Assembly: GCA_965223505.1 (NCBI GenBank)
Contig: CBDCWP010000038.1
Location: 32,001 to 96,000, forward strand
Source: Planctomycetota bacterium
Lineage (GTDB): Bacteria > Planctomycetota > PLA2 > JAEUHO01
Reading direction: 5' to 3'
Length of the DNA: 64,000 bases
Below are positions 31,626-43,023 of the stretch, piece after piece (position 1 is the first letter of the stretch; each line of letters opens with the position of its first letter). The notes under the pieces are model-generated. The model had not been told where the DNA came from. It did not search any database and worked only from the letters and a program-made list of their open reading frames with translations. The position numbers and the translations under genes were made by a program.

Positions 31626-34600
31626 CTCTCCGGGAATCGAATCAGGTTCCACGTTCGCTCGTACGCGGCCCAGTGGGGCCATCCCATCGCGTGGTACAGG
31701 TCGGCGCGTGCCGCGAAGTCCTTCTCGTCGGGCTCGTCCGCATCGTCGATCAGCCGCTCGAGCACCTTCAGCGCCGCGCCGAACCGGCCGTGCCCCCGCT
31801 CGTACGCGATCTGAACACGCGCGTTCTCCTCGTCGCTCATGTCGGCCCAGCGCTTGAGCTCCGTGTACGCCGCCTCGAACTCGTTCGCACGCTTCGGCCG
31901 ACCCGCCAGCGCGCGCACCTTCGTTCGCAACGCATCGATGAGCGCCGCCTTTCGCGGCGCCATCTCGTCGTCGCGCTTCTTGTCCTGCTTGTCGTCGGGG
32001 TCGCGATTGACGCCGAAGTGCTCCGCCAACGCCTTGCGATCGATCAGGTCGATCACCGCGTTTGCCGCCTTCACGACCTTCGCGGCCTGCTCCTCGTCCA
32101 GCTCACCCTTTCCGAACGCGAGCGCCAACTCTTCGCTGTACACCGGCAGGTGCTTCGGATGCTGCTCGAGGATGCGCGCGGCGAGCTTGCCAAACGCCTC
32201 GGTCTCTCCGCTCTTCCGCAGCTTCGCGAGCTGCTCGACCATGAAATCGCGCACCGCTTCGTTCGTCGCTTCGAGCGCGTCCGGCTCCTCGTCGTCCTCC
32301 GCCGCGTCGTCCGGATCGTCGTCATCCAGGTCGGCGTGCTTCGGCGGTACCAGGTAGCGCACCGGGAAGCCCTCCGGACGCTTGCCCGGACCCGCCTCGA
32401 GAGCATCCGGCGCGCCGTAGCTGATCGTCCCGATCAGCTCGTCGCCGGGCGATGCCGACTTGGGCAGCTTGCCCTTGATCGCGGAGAGGAAGACGGCCGC
32501 AGACTCACCTGCCAGAAGCGTACGGTCCTCGAAGTCGGACCGCCCCACGAGCGCGGCCTCGCCGGTCGGGTGGACCCCGAGCGAGATCGCCTTGCCGAGG
32601 TGGATGTCAAGGAGCAGCGCCGTCTGCTTCAGCGCCTCGACGCGCTTCGCGCTCTCGTGCCGGAAGTGGAACCGCACCCGATACGTACCCGCGTCCAGCT
32701 TGACGTCTTCGTCGCCACCGCCGCCCGCGCGTAGCAGGCGACGATTCGCGTCGAAGAGCATCCAGAGGCTCGACGAGTGCGCGTCCCAGACGCCGTCTTC
32801 GGTCGCCAGAGACGTCTTCAGATCGATCGTCGCGTCGTCTTCGAGCTCGAACTCGTACGTCAGCACGCACTGGTGGATCCGGCGCCCCTCGGGCAGCACG
32901 TCCCGGTCGTCGTCCAGCGGCTTCGCCTCGAACGCAACCGGTCGATAGCGCTTGCGCAGCTTGGTCAGCTCGGCGCTCGGCTTGACGTCCTCGTTGCGGA
33001 ACGGGGCCGTCACGAGGACGCGTGTCGCGTGCTCCGCCCCGTCGACGCACACAGTGCGGCAGTCGGGCATCAGCCCGTGAAAGCGCACCTCGATCTCGCA
33101 CGTGCTCTCTCCGTGACTGGACCAATACTGCGACAGGCACACCTCGAGCGTGCGCCCACCCTCGACGATGACCCCGTAGCCCTCTTCCTCGTTCGGATCG
33201 AGCCGCGTCCACTCTTCGGTCTTCTGATAGGCCAGGCCCGGCACCAGGTGCGTCGTCTGCAACGCGTAGACGCGCGAGGCCTCGTTGTCGCCCGCGCGCA
33301 GCGTCACGTCGGCCCAGGTCGCTCCGGGCGGCACCGCCAGGAACGTACGCACGAGCTTGCCGGGCGTGAACGCGACGGTCTCGCGCCAACGGTAATCGTC
33401 CTCGGCCGACACCGCCGTCGGACGAATCACGGTCACGGGCACGCGGAACAACGGTCCTCGGTCCGGCGCACGATCGTCGTAGCCGCGCACCTCCCCTTCG
33501 TGAGCGCCCGGCGGGAGCGCGGTCGGATCGACCCTCACGTCGAACGTCTCGCCGCCGTGCGTGAGCAGGAGATGGCGCGGCGCCTCGATCCACACTGCGC
33601 TCGACTCGAGCCGGATCCGGTTCCGATACGCCACGCGACGGCGGTGGTCTTCGTCCTCGTGGAAATGCGGCTTCACGCGCACGCGCGCCTCGAGGACGCG
33701 GGCGGCTTCGAGGGGCTCGCGCACGTAGATGCCGCGCGCGTCCCGGCGCCGCGGGAGCGTCACCTCGTAGCGGACGTCCTCGTCGCTTCGTTCGCCGTTC
33801 TGCTCCAAGTAGGCCCACGCCCGGTCGATCTGGATCAGCCCCGCGCCGACGTCGTACGCGCGCGCGCCCTCGGGACGTCGCGCGGTGTTCTCGAGCGCCC
33901 GCCGCACGCGGTGCGGCGAATACGGCATCTTGTTGGCCTTCATCGCCGACCGCAACAGGGCGATGCCGCCGCACGCGTTGGGCGCCGACATGGACGTTCC
34001 GTTCATGTGCATCTGGCCCTGCAGCGACCAGGTCGGCACCGGCGCGATCGCGCCGCCCGGCGCGCTGAAGTCGACGCCGAAGGCGCCGTCGAGCGTCGGT
34101 CCACGCGACGACCACATGAAGTAGTTGGGCGGGACGTCCTTCCGCAACGCGTACTGCGCCTTCATCATCGACGGCGACAAGTACGCGCCGATGCCGAAGA
34201 TCGCCGACGTGGTCCCGCCGGGCCCGCCGACGGTCGAAAGGCCCGGCCCCTCGTTGCCCGCGCTCGCGACGAAGATCACGCCGTGCTTGTTGACGATCTC
34301 GGTGTAGAGCCGCGCCGTTCGAACGTCGTTCGGATAGGGGCTGGCGCCGCCGTAGCTCATGTTGATCAGGTCGCAGCCGTTCTCGAGCGCGGCGATGAGT
34401 CCACGCACGCTGCCGGTTCCGCTCGAGGACGAGTCGTTGCGCGTGTCGCCGATCTTGACCGAGACGATCTGCGCGCCGGGGGCGATGCCGTTCAGATCCG
34501 GGTCGTCGGGGAAGTGCGCCGCGACGATGCCCGCGACGTGGGTTCCGTGCGCGCCGGTGTCGACGACGATCGAGAGCGTGTCGCCGTCGTCGTAGACGTT

Positions 34601-35380
34601 CATGGCGTAGTTGAGCAGCGACTCGTCGCTGAACGTGGCGTACTGCCGCTCTGCGCGGAAGTTCGTGAGCACCGTCTCGTCGGTGAGGTCGCCGTCTTCG
34701 TCCGTGTCGAGCACGGCGCGCCACGTCGCGCCGTCGTGGAAGACGACGCAGTCGAAGACCGGGCCCGGGTCGTCGAACGAGAGCTTCTTCAGCTGTTCGA
34801 GTCGCAACTCGAGGTCTTCCTTCTGCTTCTTCGCCTCGGGCGTCTTGGCCTCGACGGCGTTCGCCGTCTCGAGCACCGCCTCCTGCGCCGCGATCGCAGC
34901 ACGCTGCTTCTCGTCCCACTTCTTGCGCGCCTTCTTCTTCAGCCGCCCGACCAACCGGCCGGGATACAGCTCGTAGGCGCGCTTGATGCCCAGGCGAACC
35001 TCGCCCTTCGGGCACTTCCAGTCCGGCGGAATCGCGATCGTACGGCCGGTCAGGCCCTCGACCTTTCCGTCCTTCACCTTCCGCACGGTGGACGTGTCGA
35101 CGTCGCCGCTGCCGGACCCGTCCACGACGTCGATGATCTTCGGATTGCCGTCCGAGGTCGTCTGCAGGCCGGCCGCGCCCGGATCGACGCCCGTGTCGAA
35201 GATCGCCACGACGACGCCGCGCCCGTCGTACTCGGGATGGGCCTGCAGGAAGCGGTCCGCCCCCGTTTCGGCCTTGGGCAACAGACCATGGTCCGGGAAT
35301 TCGTCTTCCGACGCAGCCGGCCGCATGCCCGCGGCCGTTAGCAACAACAGGAACAACCCGATCTGACGGGCGCGCACCAT
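31610..35380 (-). CDS. Tripeptidyl-peptidase II-like S8 subtilase with an N-terminal signal-like sequence
   Basis: FPDHGLLPKAETGA...YDGRGVVVAIFDTGVDPGA, long D-H insert, HGTHVAGI, SAGNEGP and NGTSMSAP; about 1256 aa. GGAG precedes ATG 35380. Confidence 0.88.
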   Translation of the reverse strand: MVRARQIGLFLLLLTAAGMRPAASEDEFPDHGLLPKAETGADRFLQAHPEYDGRGVVVAIFDTGVDPGAAGLQTTSDGNPKIIDVVDGSGSGDVDTSTVRKVKDGKVEGLTGRTIAIPPDWKCPKGEVRLGIKRAYELYPGRLVGRLKKKARKKWDEKQRAAIAAQEAVLETANAVEAKTPEAKKQKEDLELRLEQLKKLSFDDPGPVFDCVVFHDGATWRAVLDTDEDGDLTDETVLTNFRAERQYATFSDESLLNYAMNVYDDGDTLSIVVDTGAHGTHVAGIVAAHFPDDPDLNGIAPGAQIVSVKIGDTRNDSSSSGTGSVRGLIAALENGCDLINMSYGGASPYPNDVRTARLYTEIVNKHGVIFVASAGNEGPGLSTVGGPGGTTSAIFGIGAYLSPSMMKAQYALRKDVPPNYFMWSSRGPTLDGAFGVDFSAPGGAIAPVPTWSLQGQMHMNGTSMSAPNACGGIALLRSAMKANKMPYSPHRVRRALENTARRPEGARAYDVGAGLIQIDRAWAYLEQNGERSDEDVRYEVTLPRRRDARGIYVREPLEAARVLEARVRVKPHFHEDEDHRRRVAYRNRIRLESSAVWIEAPRHLLLTHGGETFDVRVDPTALPPGAHEGEVRGYDDRAPDRGPLFRVPVTVIRPTAVSAEDDYRWRETVAFTPGKLVRTFLAVPPGATWADVTLRAGDNEASRVYALQTTHLVPGLAYQKTEEWTRLDPNEEEGYGVIVEGGRTLEVCLSQYWSSHGESTCEIEVRFHGLMPDCRTVCVDGAEHATRVLVTAPFRNEDVKPSAELTKLRKRYRPVAFEAKPLDDDRDVLPEGRRIHQCVLTYEFELEDDATIDLKTSLATEDGVWDAHSSSLWMLFDANRRLLRAGGGGDEDVKLDAGTYRVRFHFRHESAKRVEALKQTALLLDIHLGKAISLGVHPTGEAALVGRSDFEDRTLLAGESAAVFLSAIKGKLPKSASPGDELIGTISYGAPDALEAGPGKRPEGFPVRYLVPPKHADLDDDDPDDAAEDDEEPDALEATNEAVRDFMVEQLAKLRKSGETEAFGKLAARILEQHPKHLPVYSEELALAFGKGELDEEQAAKVVKAANAVIDLIDRKALAEHFGVNRDPDDKQDKKRDDEMAPRKAALIDALRTKVRALAGRPKRANEFEAAYTELKRWADMSDEENARVQIAYERGHGRFGAALKVLERLIDDADEPDEKDFAARADLYHAMGWPHWAAYERTWNLIRFPESYPRF

Positions 35381-35484
35381 AGGACACTCCTCTTCCCCCG
35401 ACCGGAGGCGGGCGCCCCGTTCTACCGGGCTTGCAGCGCCTGACAACACCGCGGCGGTAGAATCGCCGTCAAGGAGACGACGCG

Positions 35485-36462
35485 ATGACCCGTGCCCTCT
35501 TGCTGGCAGCCGTGTTCGGCCTGTTCGTATTCTCCGCGCCGTACGCGCGCACGACCGATCTCGGTGACGGCAACGACGACGTCGCGAAGATGTTCGAGTC
35601 GTACAAGAAGGGCGGCCCCCGCACCAAGAAGAGCGACGCCAAGCGACGCGTGATGATGACCGGGTTCGGCCTCTTCTCCGGCGTCGACTACAACATCTCG
35701 GGCGTGGTCGTCGAGTCGATGGCGTCGGAGGACTTCTGGCCGACGGAAATCCTGGCGACCGCGATGTACGCGCCGCCGAAGCAGGAAAACGTCGGCAAGG
35801 GTGTGCTGAAGAAGAAGGACGGCGGCGCAAGAGTCTGGCAACGAACGCTGAAGGTCGCCGGCGAAGAGTACGAGGTCGCGTTCCTGTTGCTCGACGTCCT
35901 GTGGGACCTCGGGCCGGCCATCACGCTGTACGAAGCGCAGCACTTCCAGCCGCACCTGATCATCATGACGGGCCGCGGTGGCAAGCGGGCCGTGTTCGAA
36001 GGCGGCGCGGTCAACAACGCGACCAAGCACCCCGGCTTCCGCTACGACGGGAAGGCGGACGGCAAGAACCGCCCGGTGAGGTCCTTCGTGTTGGATCCCG
36101 AGCTCACCGGCATCGAAGCGGCCATCGCGACGACATGGGACAATCAGAAGCTGGCCGACATGGCGCGCGAGCAGATCCAGGCGATCGGCGACGCGAAGTT
36201 CGAGGTCGTCGCGCCCGCGAAGGCGCGGCCGGAGAACAACTACATCTGCAACAACATCACCGCGGCCGTCATGCACGGCCTCAAAGGCGTGGATGTCGAG
36301 CTCGCCGGGGGCAAGATCAAGCTGAAGGACGTCAAGCTGCCCGATACGCGCGGCGGGTTCTTCCACTATCCCGCGGCCGCGACGAACAAGGCGTGGCACG
36401 TCTGGCAGTGGTGCAGCGTGTGGCGGCACGTGATGCAACGGCACTTCGAGAAGCCGGACTAG
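35485..36462 (+). CDS. Exported pyroglutamyl-peptidase I-like (C15) protein
   Basis: VMMTGFGLF, FEGGAVN (Glu), YICN (Cys) and GFFHYP (His); signal peptide; AAGGAG ribosome-binding site. Confidence 0.65.
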   Translation: MTRALLLAAVFGLFVFSAPYARTTDLGDGNDDVAKMFESYKKGGPRTKKSDAKRRVMMTGFGLFSGVDYNISGVVVESMASEDFWPTEILATAMYAPPKQENVGKGVLKKKDGGARVWQRTLKVAGEEYEVAFLLLDVLWDLGPAITLYEAQHFQPHLIIMTGRGGKRAVFEGGAVNNATKHPGFRYDGKADGKNRPVRSFVLDPELTGIEAAIATTWDNQKLADMAREQIQAIGDAKFEVVAPAKARPENNYICNNITAAVMHGLKGVDVELAGGKIKLKDVKLPDTRGGFFHYPAAATNKAWHVWQWCSVWRHVMQRHFEKPD

Positions 36463-36497
36463 GGTCTGCCTGAAGACTCGTCCTGCTGCGGTCGTCG
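36459..36497 (+). repeat. Short dispersed repeat beginning at the CTAG of a stop codon (copy 2)
   Basis: 32/39 ungapped identity to 30824-30862. Confidence 0.6.
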
Positions 36498-36501
36498 GTC
36501 G

Positions 36502-37038
36502 TTAGTTGCCGTCCGCCATCTTGCTGGCCTCGGAGATGCCGACCGCCAGGCCCATGCAGAAGTACAACGCGCACGAGAACGCCCCCATGAATGAGGTCAG
36601 GATCGCGGTGTGCCCGGTGATCAGCATCGAGAGCACGCCCGTGAACAGGAACGTGAAGCCGCCCATCGGCCCTGTGAATCGCATGTAGGCGAGGACGACG
36701 CCGTAGACGGCGCCGAGCAACAGCTGCACCGGGAACAGCGCCCAGCCGACGGGTGTCATCACGTTGACCAGCACCAAGCCGATCGCGCCGCCGATGCCGT
36801 ACATGATCGCGCGTCGCTTCATGCGCTCGCCGGTCAGCGCGAAACGCTGTTCCTGCGCGAGACGCTTCATCATGAATTCGTCCTGGGCCTCCTGCGGCAG
36901 CATGCGCAGGCCCGCGCTGATGGGACGTCCCGTCACCGGGCACACGTCCTTCTCCCCCGGCGGCATGGCCTGCGGAGCGGGCGCGTTCGGCGCTTGCGGA
37001 GCGCGTGTCGGCGGCGCCTGGTGCTTGGTGGGGTCCAC
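36502..37038 (-). CDS. Hypothetical membrane protein
   Basis: Pro-rich N-terminus and about four hydrophobic helices. Confidence 0.6.
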   Translation of the reverse strand: MDPTKHQAPPTRAPQAPNAPAPQAMPPGEKDVCPVTGRPISAGLRMLPQEAQDEFMMKRLAQEQRFALTGERMKRRAIMYGIGGAIGLVLVNVMTPVGWALFPVQLLLGAVYGVVLAYMRFTGPMGGFTFLFTGVLSMLITGHTAILTSFMGAFSCALYFCMGLAVGISEASKMADGN

Positions 37039-37103
37039 GCGTTCCTATCGTCCGGGCGCGCGAATCGACTGAAGCGTCCGACCTTACGGACGGCGAATTC
37101 CCG

Positions 37104-38051
37104 CTACGACCGCCAGGGAAGCCGCGACAGATCCACGTTGCCGCCGCTGAGAATCACGCCGACGCGCTTGCCCCTGACGAGCTCCGTCGCGCGAGCGACC
37201 GCCGCGACGGGCACCGCGCTCGACGGCTCGATGACGATCTTCATGCGCTCCCAGACCGTGCGCATGGCTTCCACGATCTCGGTTTCCGCCACGGCAACGA
37301 TGTCCGACAGGTGTTCGCGCAGGACGGCGAACGTGCGGTCGCTGAGCGACGTGCGCAGGCCGTCCGCGATCGTCTTCGCCGCGCCGACGGGGATCAGCGT
37401 GCCCGCGCGCAGCGACTGCAACGCGTCGTCCGCCTCGGCGGGCTCGGTCCCGTAGATGCCGACATCGGGATCGAGCCCGTGCGCCGCGATGCACGTGCCG
37501 CTCGCCAGTCCCCCACCGCCGACCGGCACGAAGAGCGCGTCGAGGTCCTCGACGTCTTCCATGAGCTCCAACGCCACCGTGCCCTGCCCTGCGATGATGC
37601 GGTCGTCGTCGTACGGGTGGATGAACGTCGCGCCGGTCTCCCGAACGACCTCGGTGGCGGTCGTCTCCCGCGCTGCGAGCGTCGGCTCGCACGGAACGAC
37701 GGTGGCGCCGTAGTCTTCGACCGCCGCGCGCTTGATCGCCGGCGCGTCGGTCGGCATGACGACGAACGCTCGGATCCCGCGCTGTTTCGCCGCCAGCGCG
37801 AGTGCCTGGGCATGATTGCCCGACGAGTGGGTCACGACGCCGCGTTCGGCCTCGGCGTCGGCGAGCATGCGCACGGCGTTGGTCGCGCCGCGGAACTTGA
37901 AGGCGCCGACCTTCTGGAAGTTCTCGCACTTGAAGTACAGCGAGCAGCCGTAGCGCTCGTCGAGATGGGCGTTCGTCAAGACCGGCGTTTGATGGGCCCG
38001 CCCCGCGATGCGGCGCGTGGCGTCCCGGACGTCGTCGAGCGTCACTCCCAT
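37104..38051 (-). CDS. PLP-dependent serine/threonine dehydratase or serine racemase family enzyme
   Basis: KCENFQKVGAFKFRGA, HSSGNHAQA, IIAGQGT, PVGGGGL and ILSGGNVD. Confidence 0.9.
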   Translation of the reverse strand: MGVTLDDVRDATRRIAGRAHQTPVLTNAHLDERYGCSLYFKCENFQKVGAFKFRGATNAVRMLADAEAERGVVTHSSGNHAQALALAAKQRGIRAFVVMPTDAPAIKRAAVEDYGATVVPCEPTLAARETTATEVVRETGATFIHPYDDDRIIAGQGTVALELMEDVEDLDALFVPVGGGGLASGTCIAAHGLDPDVGIYGTEPAEADDALQSLRAGTLIPVGAAKTIADGLRTSLSDRTFAVLREHLSDIVAVAETEIVEAMRTVWERMKIVIEPSSAVPVAAVARATELVRGKRVGVILSGGNVDLSRLPWRS

Positions 38052-39592
38052 TCGATGGTGGACGGGGGCTTCGTGCTGATGTCGTAGACGACGCGGTTGA
38101 CACCCCGCACCTCGTTGATGATCCGGTTGCTGATCCGTCCGAGCACCTCGCGCGGCAGATCCGCCCAGTCGGCGGTCATTGCGTCGGTGCTTTCGACCGC
38201 GCGCACGGCGACGACGTTCTCGTACGTGCGCTCGTCGCCCATGACGCCGACCGTCTTCACGGGGACGAGCACGGCGAAGTACTGCCAGAGCTTCTCGTGT
38301 TCGCCGTCGCGCTCGATCTCCTGGCGCACGATCGCGTCGGCCTCGCGCAGCACGTGGAGACGCTCCGGGTCCACCGCGCCCGCGATCCGCACCGCCAACC
38401 CCGGCCCCGGGAACGGCTGCCGCTCGACGAAGCCGGCCGAGACGCCGAGCTCCCGGCCGATCGCGCGCACCTCGTCCTTGAAGAGGTCGCGAAACGGCTC
38501 GAGCAGCTCGAAGCCGAGCTCCTCAGGCAGCCCGCCGACGTTGTGGTGCGTCTTGATCGTCACGGACGCGCCGCCGAACGCCGACTGGCTCTCGATGACG
38601 TCCGGGTAGAGCGTGCCCTGCGCGAGCCACTTCACGTTCTCGACGCGCTCCGCCTCCGCCTTGAAGACGTCGACGAAGATGTGACCGATGCGCTTGCGCT
38701 TCTCCTCGGGATCCGTGACGTCCTTCAACGCGGCGACGAAGGTCTCGCCGGCGTCGGCAAACCGAACAGGCACATGGAAGTCGTTCTCGAACGCGTGGAG
38801 CACTGCCCGCGCCTCGTCCTTTCGAAGGAACCCGTTGTCCACGAAGATGCAGGTGAGGCGGTCGCCGATCGCCTTGTGGATGAGGACGGCGGCAACCGTC
38901 GAGTCCACGCCGCCACTGATGCCGCACAGGACCTTCTCGTCCTCGCCGACCTGCGCGCGGATCTTCGCGACGCACTCCTCGACGAACGAGGCCATCTGCC
39001 AGTCGCCGGATGCGCCGCAGACGTCGTAGAGGAAGTTGCGCAGCAGGTCGGTTCCCCGCGGCGTGTGGGTCACCTCGGGGTGGAACTGCACGCCGTAGAT
39101 CGGCTTGGCGGTGTGCCGCACGGCCGCGTACGGCGCGCTGGACGTTCGCGCGAGCGCTACGAACCCCTCCGGCACGCTCTCGACACGGTCGCCGTGGCTC
39201 ATCCACACGTCCATCTCATCGCCCAAGTCGTGGAAGAGCGCGTCGTCCTGCCCTGTGATCTCGATGCGCGCCGGACCGTACTCGCGCTCGACCGCGTGGT
39301 CGACCTCGCCGCCCAGCAGGTGGGTCGTGAGCTGCATGCCGTAGCAGATGCCGAGGATCGGGACGCCCTGGTCGTAAACGGCGACGTCCACGGTCGGCGC
39401 GTTGTCGGCGTACGCGCTCCAGGGACTGCCGGAGAAGAGGACGCCTTTGGCCTCGCCGATGCGCTCGGCGAGCTGCTGCGGCATGACGATCTCGGCGAAA
39501 CAGCCGAGCTCGCGCACGCGGCGCGCGATCAGCTGCGCGTACTGGCTGCCGAAGTCGACGACGAAGAAGCGCTGGTGTTCGACGTTCGTGCT
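38042..39592 (-). CDS. guaA: GMP synthase (glutamine-hydrolysing); start codon unresolved
   Basis: DFGSQY, GICYGMQ, QFHPEV, SGGVDS, IKTHHNVGGLP and KPPSTIEWE. The frame is open up to the guaB stop, but no ATG/GTG/TTG precedes DFGSQY. Confidence 0.9.
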   Translation of the reverse strand, partial: STNVEHQRFFVVDFGSQYAQLIARRVRELGCFAEIVMPQQLAERIGEAKGVLFSGSPWSAYADNAPTVDVAVYDQGVPILGICYGMQLTTHLLGGEVDHAVEREYGPARIEITGQDDALFHDLGDEMDVWMSHGDRVESVPEGFVALARTSSAPYAAVRHTAKPIYGVQFHPEVTHTPRGTDLLRNFLYDVCGASGDWQMASFVEECVAKIRAQVGEDEKVLCGISGGVDSTVAAVLIHKAIGDRLTCIFVDNGFLRKDEARAVLHAFENDFHVPVRFADAGETFVAALKDVTDPEEKRKRIGHIFVDVFKAEAERVENVKWLAQGTLYPDVIESQSAFGGASVTIKTHHNVGGLPEELGFELLEPFRDLFKDEVRAIGRELGVSAGFVERQPFPGPGLAVRIAGAVDPERLHVLREADAIVRQEIERDGEHEKLWQYFAVLVPVKTVGVMGDERTYENVVAVRAVESTDAMTADWADLPREVLGRISNRIINEVRGVNRVVYDISTKPPSTIEWE

Positions 39593-41074
<1,482 letters not shown>

Positions 41075-41109
41075 GACCCTTGGTACCGCCGCCGCCGGTA
41101 CCGGTCAAG

Positions 41110-43023
41110 TTATGTCGTGCGAAGTCCGATCCGCCGCTTCCGGCGCGGAATCAGCAGCAGGTCGAGCACCAGGAACAGCACGGCGGCGGCGATCAGCCAG
41201 CGCCGCCAGATCTCGGACTCGGGGGTGATCTCGCCCACCGGCGGCGGCGCCTCGGACTGTTCGCGGGCGGGCGTGATGTCGCGCGCGGGGTCGAGATCGA
41301 CGAAGCCCGTTCGGCCCTGCCACACGGGTGACGCCGCCTCTCCGGTCGTGATCGTCGCTTCCCCGTGGGCGCCCGGCGGAACCCGCCACGCCGCACCTTC
41401 CGGATCCACGCGTGCCGTCACGGCGTCGCCCGCGCCGCCGTTCCGCCACCGCACGAGCGCGGTCGGTCCACCGGGCAGCGCCGTCCGCGGACGCAGTGCG
41501 TCACCCGTCCGGTAGAACGGCAGCAACGGCGCCTTGGGTGCGTGCGCGAGACGGCGGATCGCCTGCCGAATGAGGATCGGGATGCTGGGATCCATCAACA
41601 GCTCGGGATCGCCGTAGTCGAGACCGAGCACCACGTAGCGAACGCCGTCGCGCTCGCCTTCCGCGACGACGGGACGACCCTCGGCGTACGCCAACGGCCT
41701 GAGGCCTTCGCCGCGCACGGGTGTGGCGCGCTCGACGTACGGCGTGGTGAAGTCGAGTTGTCGAACGAGCGGATGATCGCGCTCCATCCGCCACACGAGC
41801 GGCTCGTCCATGACCTCGCCGACCTCGAACGGGAGGTCCCCGGCCAACGGCGCCAGGAACAGGTACGCGCCCGGTCGCAGCGCGCCCTCCGGCAACGCAA
41901 CGCCGTCGACGACGACGACGTCGCGCAGGTCCGCTTGCGCAAGCTCGGCGGGCGTCACGACCGTGCTTTCCGGCGCGTCGATGTCCTGCAGCGCGCCGAG
42001 CGTTTGCAGCGCCGCCACGGTGTGCCGGCGCGCCGCCTTGCCGCGCACGAGCATCACCGACGGCTTGAGCGGCGGCACCAGCCAGGCGCTCACTTGATCG
42101 TTGAGCACGAACGCGTCGCTGCCGCCGAGCGTCATCCGCAGCCACTCGCCCTGCGTCGGCGCCGCGGCGTCGAACGCGACGTCGACCGCGCCGTTCGGCT
42201 CCAGATCGAGCATCTCGTCGAAGACCACGCCGTCGCCGACGACCCCCACCAGCCGCCGCACCGTCTTGCGGTCCAGGCTGTTGCGCACGCGCGCCGTGAT
42301 GCGATACGCCGCGCCCTCCTGTTGCGGCGTCACGCCGAAGCCGACGATGCCCTGGTCGTCGCGCGCACGACCGGCGCCGAAGACCCAGATCTCGTCGGGT
42401 GTTGGACGTGCGGTGATCACGTGAACGGGCTCACCGAACATGTCCACTCCGGCAGCAGCGGCCGCCGCCTCTTCGGCCGCGCCCAGGTCGACACGCGACG
42501 AAGCCGGCTGGACTTCACCGCGTTCGACGCGGCGGCGCAACGCGTCGAGCTTCCCGGCGACGGCCTCGCGGTCCTCGGAGAGCGGTGACACGATTTGGAT
42601 CACGTCGCCCGCAACGAGGGCTCCGACGCGCCCGTCGGCATGCGCGCGGGCGTGCGCGGCGGCGAGCTCCAAGCCGTGCGCGAGACGCATGCGTCCATCG
42701 GCCTCGACGGCACGCGTCGTCACGTCCGCGTCGACGACGAGCATGAGGTCGAACGGCGACTTCTCGGCTTCCGCCGGACGCAGGCCGCCGATCGCCAACA
42801 CCACACACGCCAGCGCCAGCAACCGCGAACACAGCGCGGCCGTCTCCCGCAGCCTCCGGAAGCGCGCGATGGTGCGCGTCGTGCCGATCGTCTCGCGCAG
42901 GAGCCCGACGAACGGGACCTCGATGCGTCGCCGGCGCTTGAAGTACAGGTGCGCGACGATCACCGGCACACCGACCGCGAAGCCCCAGAGTGCGGCAGGC
43001 ATCGCGAGCTCGAGCCCCATCAT
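41110..43023 (-). CDS. BatA-like N-terminal double-TM / vWA-associated membrane protein
   Basis: PVIVAHLYFKRRRR...LRE...RLLALACVVLAIGGLRP N-terminus and a C-terminal TM helix; downstream of a DUF58 gene. Confidence 0.65.
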   Translation of the reverse strand: MMGLELAMPAALWGFAVGVPVIVAHLYFKRRRRIEVPFVGLLRETIGTTRTIARFRRLRETAALCSRLLALACVVLAIGGLRPAEAEKSPFDLMLVVDADVTTRAVEADGRMRLAHGLELAAAHARAHADGRVGALVAGDVIQIVSPLSEDREAVAGKLDALRRRVERGEVQPASSRVDLGAAEEAAAAAAGVDMFGEPVHVITARPTPDEIWVFGAGRARDDQGIVGFGVTPQQEGAAYRITARVRNSLDRKTVRRLVGVVGDGVVFDEMLDLEPNGAVDVAFDAAAPTQGEWLRMTLGGSDAFVLNDQVSAWLVPPLKPSVMLVRGKAARRHTVAALQTLGALQDIDAPESTVVTPAELAQADLRDVVVVDGVALPEGALRPGAYLFLAPLAGDLPFEVGEVMDEPLVWRMERDHPLVRQLDFTTPYVERATPVRGEGLRPLAYAEGRPVVAEGERDGVRYVVLGLDYGDPELLMDPSIPILIRQAIRRLAHAPKAPLLPFYRTGDALRPRTALPGGPTALVRWRNGGAGDAVTARVDPEGAAWRVPPGAHGEATITTGEAASPVWQGRTGFVDLDPARDITPAREQSEAPPPVGEITPESEIWRRWLIAAAVLFLVLDLLLIPRRKRRIGLRTT

